DNA of 63,916 bases, the filler included, from Atractiella rhizophila (lineage: Eukaryota), in the NCBI GenBank assembly GCA_021432655.1. It is 4 parts of 4 records of this genome, joined end to end, with 100 filler letters (N's around TTAATTAATTAA, not from the genome) between each part and the next. Parts side by side here need not be neighbours in the genome. Positions count along the whole stretch, not along the records: positions 1 to 26,982 come from MU271752.1; 3 more parts are not named here. One strand, 5' to 3'. The position numbers and the translations under genes are program-made. Under the pieces are notes generated by a model. The model was not told where the DNA came from, did not search any database, and saw only the letters and a list, made by a program, of their open reading frames with translations. Shown here piece by piece: positions 12,884 through 25,300 of the stretch (positions are counted from its first letter, which is position 1; each line of letters starts with the position of its first letter).

Positions 12884-14757
12884 TCAGTCAAAAACATCAC
12901 CGCCTTTCTTCTCAATAAGAACCAGCGCCTTCTGCTCCAATGAACCTGGAGCGCTCCAGACTCCAGGCATAAGATGAGCTACAACTCGATAAACTTTGCC
13001 TTGCTCCCTGTCCTTCCCCTTTCCGTCGACAAAAATAGGCACTTCCATGCGCTCAGGATTATATTCGTCACCTTTCTTCGGGATCAAAGTACGCTCCCCG
13101 CCCTCAGAAGTGTTGAGACCAATTTTGCGAAGATGGACATATTTCAAAGCGTCCTCGATGATGTTGGCGATGTCCTTCTGCGACCCTTTGACGATGTCTT
13201 GGCAGGATGTCAGAAGGAACTCTTTGTCGGGCGGAATGAGAGCCGCGAGGAGGGAGAGAACGATCTTGCTGATTTGGGATGAGGTGTCACGAATAACGTC
13301 TACATCTTCATCGCAAACAATTGCAAGATTCCGATAAGTCGTTGATCTCCCTAGCTGGCCGTCAGCACCATTATTAACATGATGAGATGACTAACATGTG
13401 AAGTAAGTGCGGGACGATTCCTTCGTCAGAATGGCAACTCGGATTTTGTCCAAGGCCCTATTTGTCTTTCCGTCCAATCCAGGTCGAAACACGTCTAGCA
13501 TGTGAGAGCAAAAATAGGAGGCGAAGCCGAAAACGATCGCAGTTTGCAAGAAACCGCCCGGACTTGCAGTCTGGTTTCGAATCAGTTCGAGGATGTCACT
13601 GGGGATTCGGGTTTTCGAAAAATCTGCGTCTTGGAGCGAGACTTTGGACACAGCAAATGGAAGTGAGTCTGTGAAGTCGGAGGCATATTTAAGGATATTA
13701 CGGAAGGCACGAGACTGTATTCTCTGTTCAGAAAAAGTTTGATGTGGTGGTCAATTACACTCACAATAAAAGTGTGGGAAAGCTTTACGTCGGCCTCAGA
13801 CGAATCTGTTAACGAGCTATGCGGATCCGTGGACGTAACATCGGATGGTATTTCAGAGTGCTCCGATTGAGTGTCCCCTACAAGAGGTTGGGGTAAGATA
13901 GATGGCGCGATAGGAGACAGCGTTGGTGAGGGAGCTCGATGGTTGGTATCGCGTTTTTCGCCTTTGGCGTCCTTCTTCGTCTTCGCAATTTCTTCTCTGC
14001 TGTTGACCCATTGAAGCACGAGACCGACATTTTCCTACTCTTCAGATTCAGTGTGTTTGGCGCAAGTGAGAGCGAAAATGTTTACCTCCTTCAAATGAGC
14101 ATTCTCTGCACTCATTTCCTGGAACTGATGTTCCAAGACCTCCAGTTTTCGATCGCAACCTTCAAGGATCCGTAGGCGTTCTTCAGCCTCAGTGTATCGA
14201 TCTTCGAGAAATGAATAACGTTGGGTAAGCTCATCGAGTTCGATTGCGAGACTCAGAGTCGGTTCACCGTAAGCAGCTATTTCTCTTCCATCAGATCGAT
14301 CACATTCAGTTACAGGAAACGACAGACAATATCGTTGTTTATAGCTCCTTCCAGGGACACCAGGCAAGCTTCTGGCTGAACTCGCAAGTTGCCTTCCTGG
14401 TGTCCCGATCATGGTTGATATCGTCCTATGCCTGTTGGGTTCAGGAGATCCTTTAGAGCCACGAGAAGAGACCGAAGCAGCAGAGGAGCCAATGGAGAGT
14501 GTTGGTGATCTAGGTCTGGCTCGCGATGGGTTGGCTGGAGTTCGCGCGCCTGCATTGATCGGCGCAGACGCTTGTCGGGCGAGGGGACTAGGGGAAGGAC
14601 GTGGGCCGTTTGAGCTTGAGGCGAGAGAAGACCTCCTTGCGAGATTTGTTGGCGTCGAAGGCATGACCATCGAAACGGGACGAGGTATCGATCTGCGCAG
14701 GCTGTCTGAGCGTCTGGGCGTCGCTGGCATGGCATTATCGGTGGAGTTTCGTGACAT
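12884..14757 (-). CDS. Hypothetical protein (S/P/R-rich N-terminus, coiled coil, globular C-terminal region)
   Basis: Successive minus-strand ORFs separated by short introns; heptad segment LAIELDELTQRYSFLEDRYTEAEERLRILE. Confidence 0.7.
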
Positions 14758-14900
14758 TTTGATGGAACTCGCTGGTGCGACTGGCGCTGGATAATGTCCT
14801 TCAGCCCAACCAAAAGACTTCTCGCGACTTCCGTCAACTCATCCAAACAAATGGGGATTGACGCGATCGACTGAACCAAACTCGAAAGACCAAGACAACA

Positions 14901-16488
14901 ATGCCGAATGATACTGGAGACAACTTGTTTAAGAGAGCTGGGCTGAGCCTAGTAGAGCTCATGAAGGAATGGATATTGAAGTTCGGAGGTCTGATGGAAC
15001 TGAACGGCGACGAACCTGAAATTGAGCTGCTCATGTCTCGAGTATGTGATTTCTTAACTGAGATTGGGAATCGGTGGGAAGCTTTCAACATCGGAGACGA
15101 GTGTGTGCCTTCTTTTCTGCTTTCTGGACTTCTATAAAGTCCGAAATAGCGTGCTCCAAAGAGTCGCGAATGAACAGCTCTCGCCTCAAAGACTGAGACA
15201 ATTTGGACCGTCAGAGATCGCAATGACGCTTGGCCAACCAGTGGAAACATCACATTCTCTCGCCGCCGCGAAAGGGGGAAGCCTACTCAATCTTCCAACT
15301 GAAATTTTGGAAATCATATTTCAACTCGTTGGACCTTCTCGACGGATTTTGACACTATGCAAAACACTACTCCCAGTGGTGAGTGTTTGTCTTCGAATCT
15401 AACTTGTTGATGCTCATGATGAAGGTCTTCAGATTTATCGCAATCAGGTCCGGTACTTGCCTGACATGCACAAGACTCCACAGATGGATTCAATTGCTCG
15501 TTCCGCGCTTCGATACCTTCAAAAAGTACCTGGCTCCAATGTTCGACATATCCGACTCTTAAAGGGACCGGATGATTTCGTCGAATACCTCGGTGTATCA
15601 AAGGTCTTGCGCCTTTGTCAGTTCGTTACGACGCTCGAACTGTATGAAGCAAAGTTGATGCTTCTTCCTTCCTACCTCCTTGAAGCCATGAAAGCGCTGG
15701 TCCATGTCCGAAAGGTCATTCTTACGGACTACAGTGGCAACGATTTGCTAATCATATGCTCAACTCTCCCTCGACTAGAATCCCTCGTGTTGTTTCCTGA
15801 TGAGCACTTCTCTTGGTATTCCAATTCGAATGGCACTCTTCCCTACAACACAGTAGGAGACGACGAATTTACAGGTTCGATTACATCCTCATTGCCAGCT
15901 TCGTTGCGATTTCTTCGAAGTCCGCCAATCTGGAGCACTCATGCAGACAGTGCTTTGTCGGCGATGCTCAGAGACACCATCCTTCGCGGCTCCAAACTAC
16001 CACCACTGTGTCATCTCGAATTCCACACCGGTCTCGCACAGGCCGAAGTCATCATCCTTGGGGTTCTCGACCAAACAGCGGTCTCCATCGAATGCCTAAA
16101 GATGGCGGACTCCGACGCGCGACATCTGTACGGTCAAGATTTGTACGAAAGACTGGGACGATGCAGCAGATTACGAAAACTTGAGCTGTATCGTTTCGAT
16201 CTTTCCGTCTGGGATCCGCTAGCCGGAAACGGGATACTTTTTCCTGGCTTCGTAGAGCTAACTCTCAGCAGTTGCTCCGGCGGAGGCATGGGGATGGCGC
16301 TGTGGGTCGAGACCATCGAGAGGATGGAGGCGAAATGGCGGAGGATCTTGCGTCTCGACGGCCACAGCTTTCACAACGCAAGATGGACCACCAGTCAATG
16401 GAACCAGACTATGAGTAGGCTGACGGATCTGTGCTGGGAGAAATATATCGAATTGCTTCAAAATGAAGAGGACGGCTTCGTTGCCTGA
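14901..16488 (+). CDS. F-box / RNI-like LRR protein
   Basis: F-box start SLLNLPTEILEIIFQLV followed by LRR-like repeats (LCQFVTTLELY, LPRLESLVL, CSRLRKLELY); two introns. Confidence 0.75.
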
Positions 16489-16709
16489 CGACCGTAGAAG
16501 CCCCGGCTCGAAACTGGTAAACCTCATTCCAGGCATCATAGGGCAGGTCAATCATAGCGAAGCGGAGAACTGTCAAAGCCAATACGCAGAACGATCTCTG
16601 GCTAGACGATAAGTAATCATTGGTAAAGCTTTGAGTACAGAATTGTTCATATCGATGATATACAGATTGTCAAGTGTATGTGGTATTGAGGGCGAGAAGA
16701 CGACTCTAA

Positions 16710-17661
16710 TCAGTTGTAGAACTTGCGGTTGGGATTCTCGCCAAAGAGAGCGGTTCGCAGTTCCGGTAACATCTTCACATAATGTTAAATCGAAACAACA
16801 ACGAAAAGATGAACGTACCTTTTCTTCCAAGAGTCTTAGTCTCTCATCTACCGTGTTGTCGATGATGATGTTGCCTGAAGGATTGGAGAGTTTCACCCCG
16901 CCGGCACTGTGCCTCATAATTCGTCAATCGAAAAGTGACAAGGAGGGGGAGGCATACCTCTCATCCGATAGCTCTGGCTGCACCTGAATATCGACCGAGA
17001 ACTTTGATTTCTCCTCAAACTCCTTCTTCGCATCCCCAATTGCGGCATTGACAATGTCCACATCCTTCTTTCTACACTGCAGAATGATCTGTTTCTCCAT
17101 CATGGCGTACAGCGCCTGAGGTCCTCATCAGCTCGAGCTGTTCACAAACAATACAAGGCGATGGAAAACGCACTTGAAGAGTAAGGTCTTTGAGCAGTGT
17201 CTGATACTTGCCTTTGTCAGAACTCAAACCGGACACTCGATTCCTCCCCTCGTCGAAGACTTGCTCTAGGTACTCCTCCCTCGCATTCAGGAGCCTAAGC
17301 CTAGCCTTGTTGGTCTGATTCGAAGTGGCGCTTTCCACCATTCAAGATTCCGTCATCCCAAAACTTGGACGCCAATAGGGAAGGAAGAAAGAGCTCACAT
17401 CTTCCTCTGAACCTCGACTTGCTTCCTCTTCCGCTCGTAGGTGGCATCGATGTTGATGCTTTCCTGCCTGACAATCTTTCCCTTCTCGATACTGAACTCC
17501 TCGTCCGCCTTCACCTTGACCTCCCTAGCCTTTTCCATAGCTTCCTGCTTGATGAAGGCGACCTGTGTGCGTCTTCAGCCTGGACGGACTGCGATCAAAT
17601 GAGGACAGACCATCTTGGTCATCTCCGAGAGGACTTCGTCGTCATTCATAGCCTTCGCCAT
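16710..17661 (-). CDS. VMA4: V-ATPase V1 subunit E
   Basis: MNDDEVLSEMTKMVAFIKQEAMEKAREVKVKADEEFSIEK; GGVKL...IIIDNTVDERLRLL; C-terminal LFGENPNRKFYN*. Confidence 0.96.
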
Positions 17662-17836
17662 CTTGCCTGCTCAATGTCTTTACCGTGTCAGTGAGCTTGA
17701 GCTGAGTGCCTGAGCTTGGACTTGAAGTTGAAGTTGAAGACCGAAGATGCACCCTGACCGTCTTTGTTTGTCCCGATCTGGAAATACCGCCAACACTCCC
17801 CAAAATTCACTGTTACGTTCCTTCCACCTCAGCACC

Positions 17837-18370
17837 ATGGTAAGCCTTCGTTACTTATCCCCCCTTCGAGTCCTAACAGCGCCATGCACCAGTCTTCGCC
17901 TCCCTCGTCGCCACCTCTCAACGCTGCAGCGCTCGCCACCCGTCCCCCAGGCGCTCAGCCGACCCAAAGTGAGTTCCACGTCGTCCCTTCTTCAGACCAT
18001 TAACACTCACGCCGTCCTCTTCAGGCCAAGTCCGGTTCGTTTTCGCTCTCTATATGCTCAGGGAGACGGAGGTGGGCTGACTGTGCACACAGCCGTCGTG
18101 CGGCAGCATTGGCGAAAGACCGTCCGCTGTCGACTCGCGCTGCAGGAGCTGGAGGCTCTAGCAGCACCATGATGCGTCTCTACACCGCTGACGAAGCTCC
18201 CGGTCTTCGCGTGTGCGTACTCTCCCCCTTTCTTGACGAAAATATGAGCGTTGATGCCAAGTTGGCGTCCCAGTGACCCCATGATCATCCTCGTTCTCGC
18301 CATCGTTTTCATCTTCTCTGTCGTCAGTCTTCACCTGCTCAGCAAGTTCCTCAGATGGTGGTCCAAGTGA
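17837..18370 (+). CDS. SBH1: Sec61 translocon beta subunit
   Basis: Spliced product ...VRRRAAA...STRAAGAGGSSSTMMRLYTADEAPGLRVDPMIILVLAIVFIFSVVSLHLLSK; ATG-only first coding exon and 10-nt microexon 18025-18034. Confidence 0.93.
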
Positions 18371-18958
18371 TCTTTTGTGTTGTGGGGATACCGGTGTCAA
18401 AAAGTCTTACCATTACTACCACGTCGGTAATATAATGTTGGCCTTTGGAACTTTCGCTTGCCCATTTGGAGACAGGGATCTCGAGAATCATTCGACACTT
18501 CATAATATTGAACGCGAATAGACTACACAAGAAACTGTATAGAGATAGAAAGGAAAATTACTGTCCATGGTGAGGAAGGCAGGTATCGTGGTTACGTATC
18601 GTGGAGACCTGAGAAAGAGGATTTTATTGGCATTGAGACTGCGCGAACTCCAACAAACAGCGAGGCGGACATGATAAAGAAGTCATTCATTGGTCCAATC
18701 TTTCGAAGAACGGGCAAACAACGACTTGGAGACAATTGGAGTGGCAGAGGCATCGATAAACGGCGAAGGTCAAGGAGTTGACGTCGGAGTGGGAGTCACG
18801 GAGAACGAGGTGGGGAATGACGAAGTGGTGGTGAGGACGTTCCGGGTCAGGAATCGATTGGTGACAGAGAGAGTATCGGTTGAAGTCGTGTTTGAGGATG
18901 CTGGGGGAGGACGAATTGGACCAATGGGCTCCGCGCTGTTGGAATCACGCGCTCCATC

Positions 18959-19474
18959 CTATTTCTTCGTTACGATGGGTACTGCATCGACAAAATCATC
19001 AGTGTCCGTGCCTTCGATATATGGAGTCGCAGAAAAGCTCACCGACAATAATTACGATGAGAATAATAATAGCAACGGCGATAATAATTCTCATCTTCAT
19101 GTCCTTCCACCACATCGCCTTCCTGACCCTATTCGCACCACGACGGAATCCTTGTGCGGACTGCGCCAAGTTATCTGCCGGCCTTTTCAGAGGGGTATCC
19201 TGAGCATTCCTACCAAGAAGACGACATACCGGTCTTGTCCTGAAGGGCATCCAGACGTTCTCCACGATCCGCAACCTTGGTGATATTCTCCCTCATGATT
19301 CCGACCGTATCATCAATCTGCTGTTGGATGGCCTGCGTCTTCGCATTCCCAGGCTTCGCTCCACCCTGGGGCCCAGAACCGCCAGGAATGTAGGGGTCGT
19401 ACGGTTCGCTCCTGCACCAACCCCGAGTTCGTCATCCACTCATCCCGCCCATGGCAACAAGGAAAAACGCACAT
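18959..19474 (-). CDS. SNC1: Synaptobrevin/VAMP R-SNARE
   Basis: [69 protein letters not shown] plus TM helix, VPIVTKK*. Confidence 0.96.
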
Positions 19475-19782
19475 TTTCGTTTAGAGGATTACAACAAAGT
19501 GTCTAAAGCAAGGTGTAGTTCTTCAAGAACTGTTGGTGGGAGAGAAGTTGGGAGTAGAAGGTCACTTTGGCGTTTCGTTGGTCGTTTCGGTCTTCGAGCA
19601 TTGCATTGCACGTGTCATCAACAGGCATCAATGCCGCGCGTAATTCCTCTTCATCGTCTTCATCGGCTATTCCGCCTGAAACAAGAGCCGGCAGTTGCAA
19701 CCGTCAACATTCAGTGTTCAGTGAGCTGGGAACAGGTGCAGTTTTATTGCATTGCAGCATTGCAGTACTCGGAGGATAAATC

Positions 19783-20445
19783 ATGGCAAGGAGACTGGAA
19801 CCTGATTATTATCAATATTTTGTGCCTTTCAGCATGACAAAATGGTCCGGTGAGAGCCCAAAGCTGTTCCCTCCCTTCATTCCATTCTGAAGCTCGCACT
19901 CAGACAATGATAATTACCAACGTGAGTTCTGGCCACAAACAACTTCTTAGAACGCTGAAAAAGCGGCAGATATGAACAACGCCAAATACCTGGAGTATTT
20001 CGACTCCATTGTCAATGAGTTCCTCATCAATCACTGTTCACTCGACCCAACTTCTCAGACCGAGCCCATCGGGCTCGTCGTCTCGGTATACTTGACTTAT
20101 GCATCATCTCTCTCGTTCCCATCACCTTTGCTCGCCGGTTTGGCAATTTCAAAGCTGGGAAGGTCATCCGTAACTTATCACGTAGCCCTGTTCGAAGCTG
20201 AGAAAGTGGCTGGAGACATTGGATTTAAGAATGCGAATGGGAGCTTTTCTCTGAAATTGAAGACTGGAAAAGCTGCCTGTTAGTGAGTGTAGCCGCTTCC
20301 GATTGATGCTCAGTACTGATTTTGGGTTTCGCAATAAAGTGGCGAATTCATCCATGTATACGTCGATCCAAAGTCTCGAAAGGCGGTTCAGATACCTGAC
20401 AAGATGCGGAAAGCGATGAATGATGTTACGGTGTCTCGTTCATAG
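19783..20445 (+). CDS. Hotdog-fold acyl-CoA thioesterase (4HBT-like)
   Basis: TKWSDNDNYQHMNNAKYLEYFDSIVN (uses 18-nt exon 19904-19921), IGLVV, KLGRSSVTY, FIHVYVD. Confidence 0.88.
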
Positions 20446-20497
20446 GCATTACACTGATCTGAAGCACACTTGTGTGCCTTTGTCGGACTTTTATCCC

Positions 20498-22056
20498 TTA
20501 TTCAGAACCAACTAGAATCTTTACATGGTTGTCTTTGTTCCTCAATAGCGCTTCAAATCCCTTTTCCACAATATCCTCGATCTGTCTCAAAAAATTACTT
20601 CGATATCTGACAGGTGACTGCAAGAGAGCACTCACAGATATTTTGGCGGTAATCAAGTTGTCAGTGTTGATTGTTTTCTTCTCAAGGGCATCCAGGACGT
20701 CTCGGATATCATTTGGTGTGTGGCAAGCTACTTTGCGTAAGAGGAGTGAGCGCAAAAAAAGCGAAATCAAAACGAACCGGAGCCAGTAATGTATCTCTCT
20801 GAGTGTAAAAGGGCCATCATGTCTACCGCCGGCTTCTGTCCCCATAATGACAAGACCACAACTGTTCCTCGAAACTATGCGCCAATGCATGAGTCGCGTT
20901 CAGTGATAGAGACTGCTTCATACCTTAGTTGCCCGGATTGCCTGATTGAGACAAGCTTCCACTCCAGTGCATTCGAAAGAGCAATGAACGCCAACTCCAT
21001 TCGTCAACTTCTCGACCTCTTCAACTAAATCAACAGATGTAGGATCGAAGACATAATCGGCTCCACAAGATATAGCGACTGATTTCCGTGCTTGCGCCAC
21101 TTCACTGCAGATTATCGGTCTATTCCTGATTCAGTGTCACCTCCTTCTAGAGGAAGAACTGCAGACTTTACTCCAGCAGCTCGTAAACACTGTATGGTCA
21201 AGAGACCTATAGGACCTCCCCCTGAAGCGGTAGTGAGATTGACATGTCGGCAGAGAGCAATGGAGTACTGACCTAGGACCAAAGCACTCTGACCTTTTTC
21301 GATCTTGCTGACGCGCATTGCGTGCCATCCGACTGCAAAAGGCTCGACGAGGGCTCCATCCGCCAACGAAACGGACTGTTTTCGCAGCTTCAGTAGATCT
21401 TCACCTACTTAAAGGAGAGCATATTTACAGGCGGAAGTTTGAACACCTGGTTTTCAGGTACTGATATCCATTCCGCAAAGCCACCACCTCTTCCGTTTAT
21501 TCCTTCACAAGTTGATCAATGGTTTCATACCTCGTCACAAAAGACAGACATACCTATAAAGCCTAACCTTTTGCAGGTTCCAATTAATCCTGCCTTGCAT
21601 CGCTCGCACTCTCCACAAGTGATCAGGGGATTCACGCAAACACGGTCTCCTTTTTGGAAAAGTTGGCTTTTGCTCTCCTCTATTACACCAGAGAATCTGC
21701 GCACGTTGTGAAGCAGTGAACTATTTACGTCTAGAAGGATAGACTTACTCATGACCCATTACAACAGGGAGCTTTTCACCAGTCAAACTGTGCGGTTTCT
21801 TTTGTGTCTCAAGCGGGTCTGTCCAGTTTTTAGCAACTAGTTTCTCATGATAGGTGAAAGTATTCTCACGCTTTAACATGTGCATATCGCTCCCACAAAT
21901 GCCTCCCCATGCTACACGAATGAGTACATCTCCTTGACGGATGTCGGGTTTGGCCACCTCCTCAACTCGAACGTCCTCTTGGCCTGTTGCGAGCAGGTTA
22001 AGTTCGCAATCCAGAGAACAGACTCAACTCGCACCATACAACACCGCAGCTTTCAT
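20498..22056 (-). CDS. Zn-dependent MDR dehydrogenase, 2,3-butanediol dehydrogenase-like
   Basis: GICGSDMH, PHSLTGEKLPVVMGHE, structural Zn CGECERC...C, GALVEPFAVGWHA, GGGPIG, HVKILV. Confidence 0.9.
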
Positions 22057-22338
22057 TTCTTATACTTGGTTTGTAAATCGAGGTGTCAAAAGGCTATACT
22101 TAAGAGCTTCGGCATCAAATCTGTGGAGAAAAACAATTGAAGCGAAGGGCAGGTCAAGTCATTTTTGCGCTTAAGTAGTTTAGGATTTGATGGAATTCGG
22201 TGCAGACACAGAATATTTGGATAGGAAGACTGCTACAATGATATTGCGCTGGATTACAGTGAGACGCTGACTGAAATATGCAAGCTAACAACTCGATGAC
22301 ACGCAATTGGAGATACACACAACTATTTAGTGCAACTT

Positions 22339-25300
22339 TTAAGAATGAAGTGTCCGTTCGGCATGGATAGTCAACCGCATTCGTAATTGCTCCAACTCCC
22401 TTTCCAACCTGAAATGAAGGTAAGACACTGACGACGAAGGAGTTCGAGGGAACACTCACTTCAAAGCTCGCTCCTTCTCATTGCTGGCTTCGCGTTCTGC
22501 CCGTCGAGCAATCAAGTGAGCTTCACTCTCCGATGTTTGCAAGCTCTCTATCGCTTTGCGCAGGCTCAAGACTCTTTGTTCTGTGTTTGCAAGATCTTCT
22601 TCAAGTCGTTTTCGTACCCGTTCAGCGTCCTGCAGTCTTCCTTCCAAATCCGTGCTGATGCGTTCACCTAACTTGGCAGACTTGAGAATTTCGTTCTTCA
22701 GCCGTTTTTCCTCGTCAAGTTGTGCCACGAGTTCCTCTACACGCTTGCGATCGGTCGGTGGACGAGGAGAAGAAGTGTAGGAGCGTGTTTCGATGTTAAC
22801 AACCTTGTTCTGGAGGTCTTTGATCTGCTTTTCCAGAGTCGCCTGTGGATACAGTCAGAATCGAAAATGATATTCACAGGCGAACACGTTACATTTTGTT
22901 TGACCAGTTCGTTAGATTCTTCACGCTCACGAGCCGCCTCAACTTGACATTGGTTAGCCCAGGCTTCAGCTTTTTTCTGTTTCTCTAGCATAAGGGACAT
23001 TCGCTCCTCGGAATCTTCTAAAGCCCGTCGAAGTTCTTGTCGCTCAAGGTCTAGAGCTTGCATGACACGATCAGAAGAAAGTTTTCCTTTTGAGTTGGTT
23101 AGCAATGAGTGTCTTGGAATATGACAAGACACTACCTTGGTTCGCATTGAGGTATTCATCACCTATGGTCTCTAGTCTTTTTTCGAGGCCACGCTTTGAT
23201 TGTTGGAGCGCCGCAATGTCCGCTTCAGCCTCTTCTAAAGACGAGCGAACGTCGCGAAGCTGAGACATGAGTTGCACAACTTGAGCGTTGGATTCTCCTT
23301 GAGCTGTTCTTGCCTCCTCAAAGGCGCGGTTTAGGTCGGTCATCCTAAAATGACGTGAGAAAGGAACAGACGAGTCAAGAAACCGTACTTCGCCTCCATA
23401 CGCTCCTTTTCCTTCTTCCAACCACCCATGTTGAAAATACTAGCAACAAATTCAGTCTTAGGAATATTAAGCAAGTTGACATACTCGTCATCATACCGTG
23501 ACTGAAGAGCCTCGTAGTCATTTTTGAGTTTGCGGTTCTCTTCTCCAATACAAACCAAGCGCTCATTCTAGATAATCAACTTGAATAAATCGAATCAAAC
23601 ATGGGAATGTTACGCGCCTGCAATTCGTACTCCGTCGACAATGTCTCAAACTCCGCCTGGTATCTCTTCCGTGTGGCTTCCATAGCAAAGTCGCGTTCCT
23701 CCAGATCTTTAGTATACTGGTTACGTTCTGCTTCTAGCGCCTCCCTTGCTCGGCGACGCTCAACCTCGATGTTGTAAGCGTCACCACCCTCATCTTGTAG
23801 GCGACTATCTAGTTCACGTATCCGCTGATGCGCCAACGCAACCTGATCTTCCAACGATTTGCGCTGCTGAGTGAGATCCACCACGAGCCGCTCAGAATCT
23901 CCCATTGACATACGAGCAAAGGATTCAGACTTTTCCGCCTTGATCTTCCCAACCTCGGCTGCCTCAAGCCGAGACAGCAAAGAATCTGCCTTCCTGCATT
24001 GAAAGCTACGTTAAGTGACGAATCTAAAGCGTGCATACACCTACTGCTTGTAATGAGCGATGGCTTGCTGAACATCCGGATTCCCACCGCTGTTATAGAC
24101 CAGTTCGAGCTCAACAATCCGATTTTGCAGCTGCCTCTTCTCCGCCGCCTCCGCATTCTTGACGAGGAGATCACTCTCAATCTGAGCTTTCAGATCAACA
24201 TTTTCCTCATGAAGGGCTTTCTTCGCCAGCGAAAGTTCGTTGATAAGATGGCGTTGCTCTTCGACCTCACTGACACTGTGTCGATTCTGAGCCATTAACG
24301 CCTTCCTGGTTTGTTCGATCGCAGAAAAGCGTTCATCAAGTCCTCCGGTCATTTTTTCATGAAGATCTCGTATGGACTGTGATCCGCGAAGTGTTGCTTT
24401 TTCGGCCTCGTCACGAGCCTGCTGTTCTGCGAGCAATAATTCCTGCAACCGCTTGTTTTCTCGAGCGAGGCGGTTGCGGGTCTCGTCCAGAGAAAACTGT
24501 CCTTCATTGGCATATAGGAGGTCATCAGCAGTTCTTACTTGATGTTCGAGGTGTCGCCGAACTTGATCATTAGCTGCCATTTGAACCTACATCAACTAGA
24601 TCAGCTCAAGAATCAGAAGAGAAAGCACCTCACTTCTCGAACATGGAGATCAGATTGCAAGGCTTGCAGAGAACGTTCCAGTGAACGGATTTTCTCTTCA
24701 GCTTCATGATCCACGGTTGCAACTGGCATGTTGTTGTAGCCATTCGTGCCTCGACGAGGGGACGTTGGAGGTGTGCTGCTGTAACTGTAAACGCCTGAAG
24801 TCCTTCTGCCATTCAGCCTGTAACATTGCTTAGCGTTATAAAAGATACTGCAGAATAAGAGGACCTAGCAGACATCTCCCGCTCGAGCTCTTGATTTGCC
24901 TCCAACAAATTCTTCAGTAGACGAGCTCGCACTGAGTCTTCCTTTTGACCAGGGAGAGTGTCCTTCCGTATGAGTTCTCGAAGCGTCGTCTGCTGATTAT
25001 CGAGATGGCGCTTAACCTTCTCAAACGTCGCACCGTCGTTATTAGCCAATTTTTTCTCCAAGTCAGCTATTCGCCCTTCGTACTGCTGCTTGAGTTTTGT
25101 GATGGCATCGGAGTCGGGTTTGGGACTCTCTGTATTCGCTCGTGACGGCTTGATGTTGCCATACGTCGTGACAGGGACTGCAGAAGCCCGAGCTTTCTTC
25201 AGTTCGTCCTCCAACTTCTTGACCTGAATCTCGGCCGCCCTTCGAGAACTTCTCTCCTGCTCTAAATTTTTCGTGTCACCTAAAGCCTTGCTACGATCCC

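Noticed and set aside
17747..18172. 141-aa ORF resembling a mitochondrial presequence protein
   Set aside because: Reads through SEC61-beta introns in the wrong frame
18690..19283. 197-aa plus-strand ORF
   Set aside because: Antisense shadow of SNC1 and its 3' UTR, with no recognisable motifs
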